Source: Hypanus sabinus (lineage: Eukaryota). From it: 64,000 nucleotides of DNA. Each line of letters opens with the position of its first letter. Within the stretch, counting starts at the first letter, position 1. The DNA lies in NCBI RefSeq assembly GCF_030144855.1, contig NC_082710.1:152892001-152956000 (forward strand). The letters are read 5' to 3'. The notes below the pieces were generated by a model that searched no databases, was not told where the DNA came from, and saw only the letters and a list, made by a program, of their open reading frames with translations. The position numbers and the translations under genes were made by a program. Below are positions 63,791-64,000 of this stretch, one piece after another.

Positions 63791-64000
63791 TGTAAAATTC
63801 CCCCAATACCAAGACTCTGACAAGCCACCTGTACTCTCTATGAGGGATGGGAGGTGACTCAGTAATGGTTTTATGAGAGGCATCAATAGAGTGAAATCCC
63901 AGCAACCTTTTCCCAAGGTGGCAATGGCCAATACCAGGAGACATCATTTAAGGTGAATGGAGGGAAGTTTATGGAAGATGTCAGAAGTAGATTTTCTGAG

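Overview
Vertebrate genomic DNA, most likely from a cartilaginous fish (probably a ray), judged from the repeat landscape: CR1 with esterase ORF1, Rex1/Babar, L1/Tx1, Penelope-like elements with hammerhead-like tails, V-SINEs, Gypsy LTRs and a 52-bp satellite. Only one host gene is well supported: a divergent MHC class I-like gene on the minus strand. Its signal-peptide exon (8734-8659) lies in a CpG island and splices in phase 1 across a 7,206-nt TE-filled intron to a 249-nt alpha1 exon (1452-1204). The remaining exons are expected beyond the left edge. The alpha1 domain keeps class I hallmarks (GSH-x-x-x-YF, Y7, GxLDDxQ, YDS, W51, Y59). It also shows CD1-like features (LDDLQI, a hydrophobic F70/F77/F84 helix face, an N-terminal NIT sequon, no N86 sequon), so it is a candidate non-classical, possibly lipid-binding class I molecule. 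About 9-36 kb is almost entirely decayed retroelements. About 36.5-58.9 kb is a recent triplication of a ~7.2-kb non-coding unit (7,623/7,222/7,222 bp). Its junctions are chimeras of two older paralogous blocks (35.6-37.7 kb and 57.9-60.5 kb), consistent with unequal crossing-over. The first copy alone carries a 388-bp block of 52-bp satellite flanked by an 11-bp direct repeat. No rRNA, intact tRNA or CRISPR features were seen. TE boundaries are approximate and all comparisons were made by eye.
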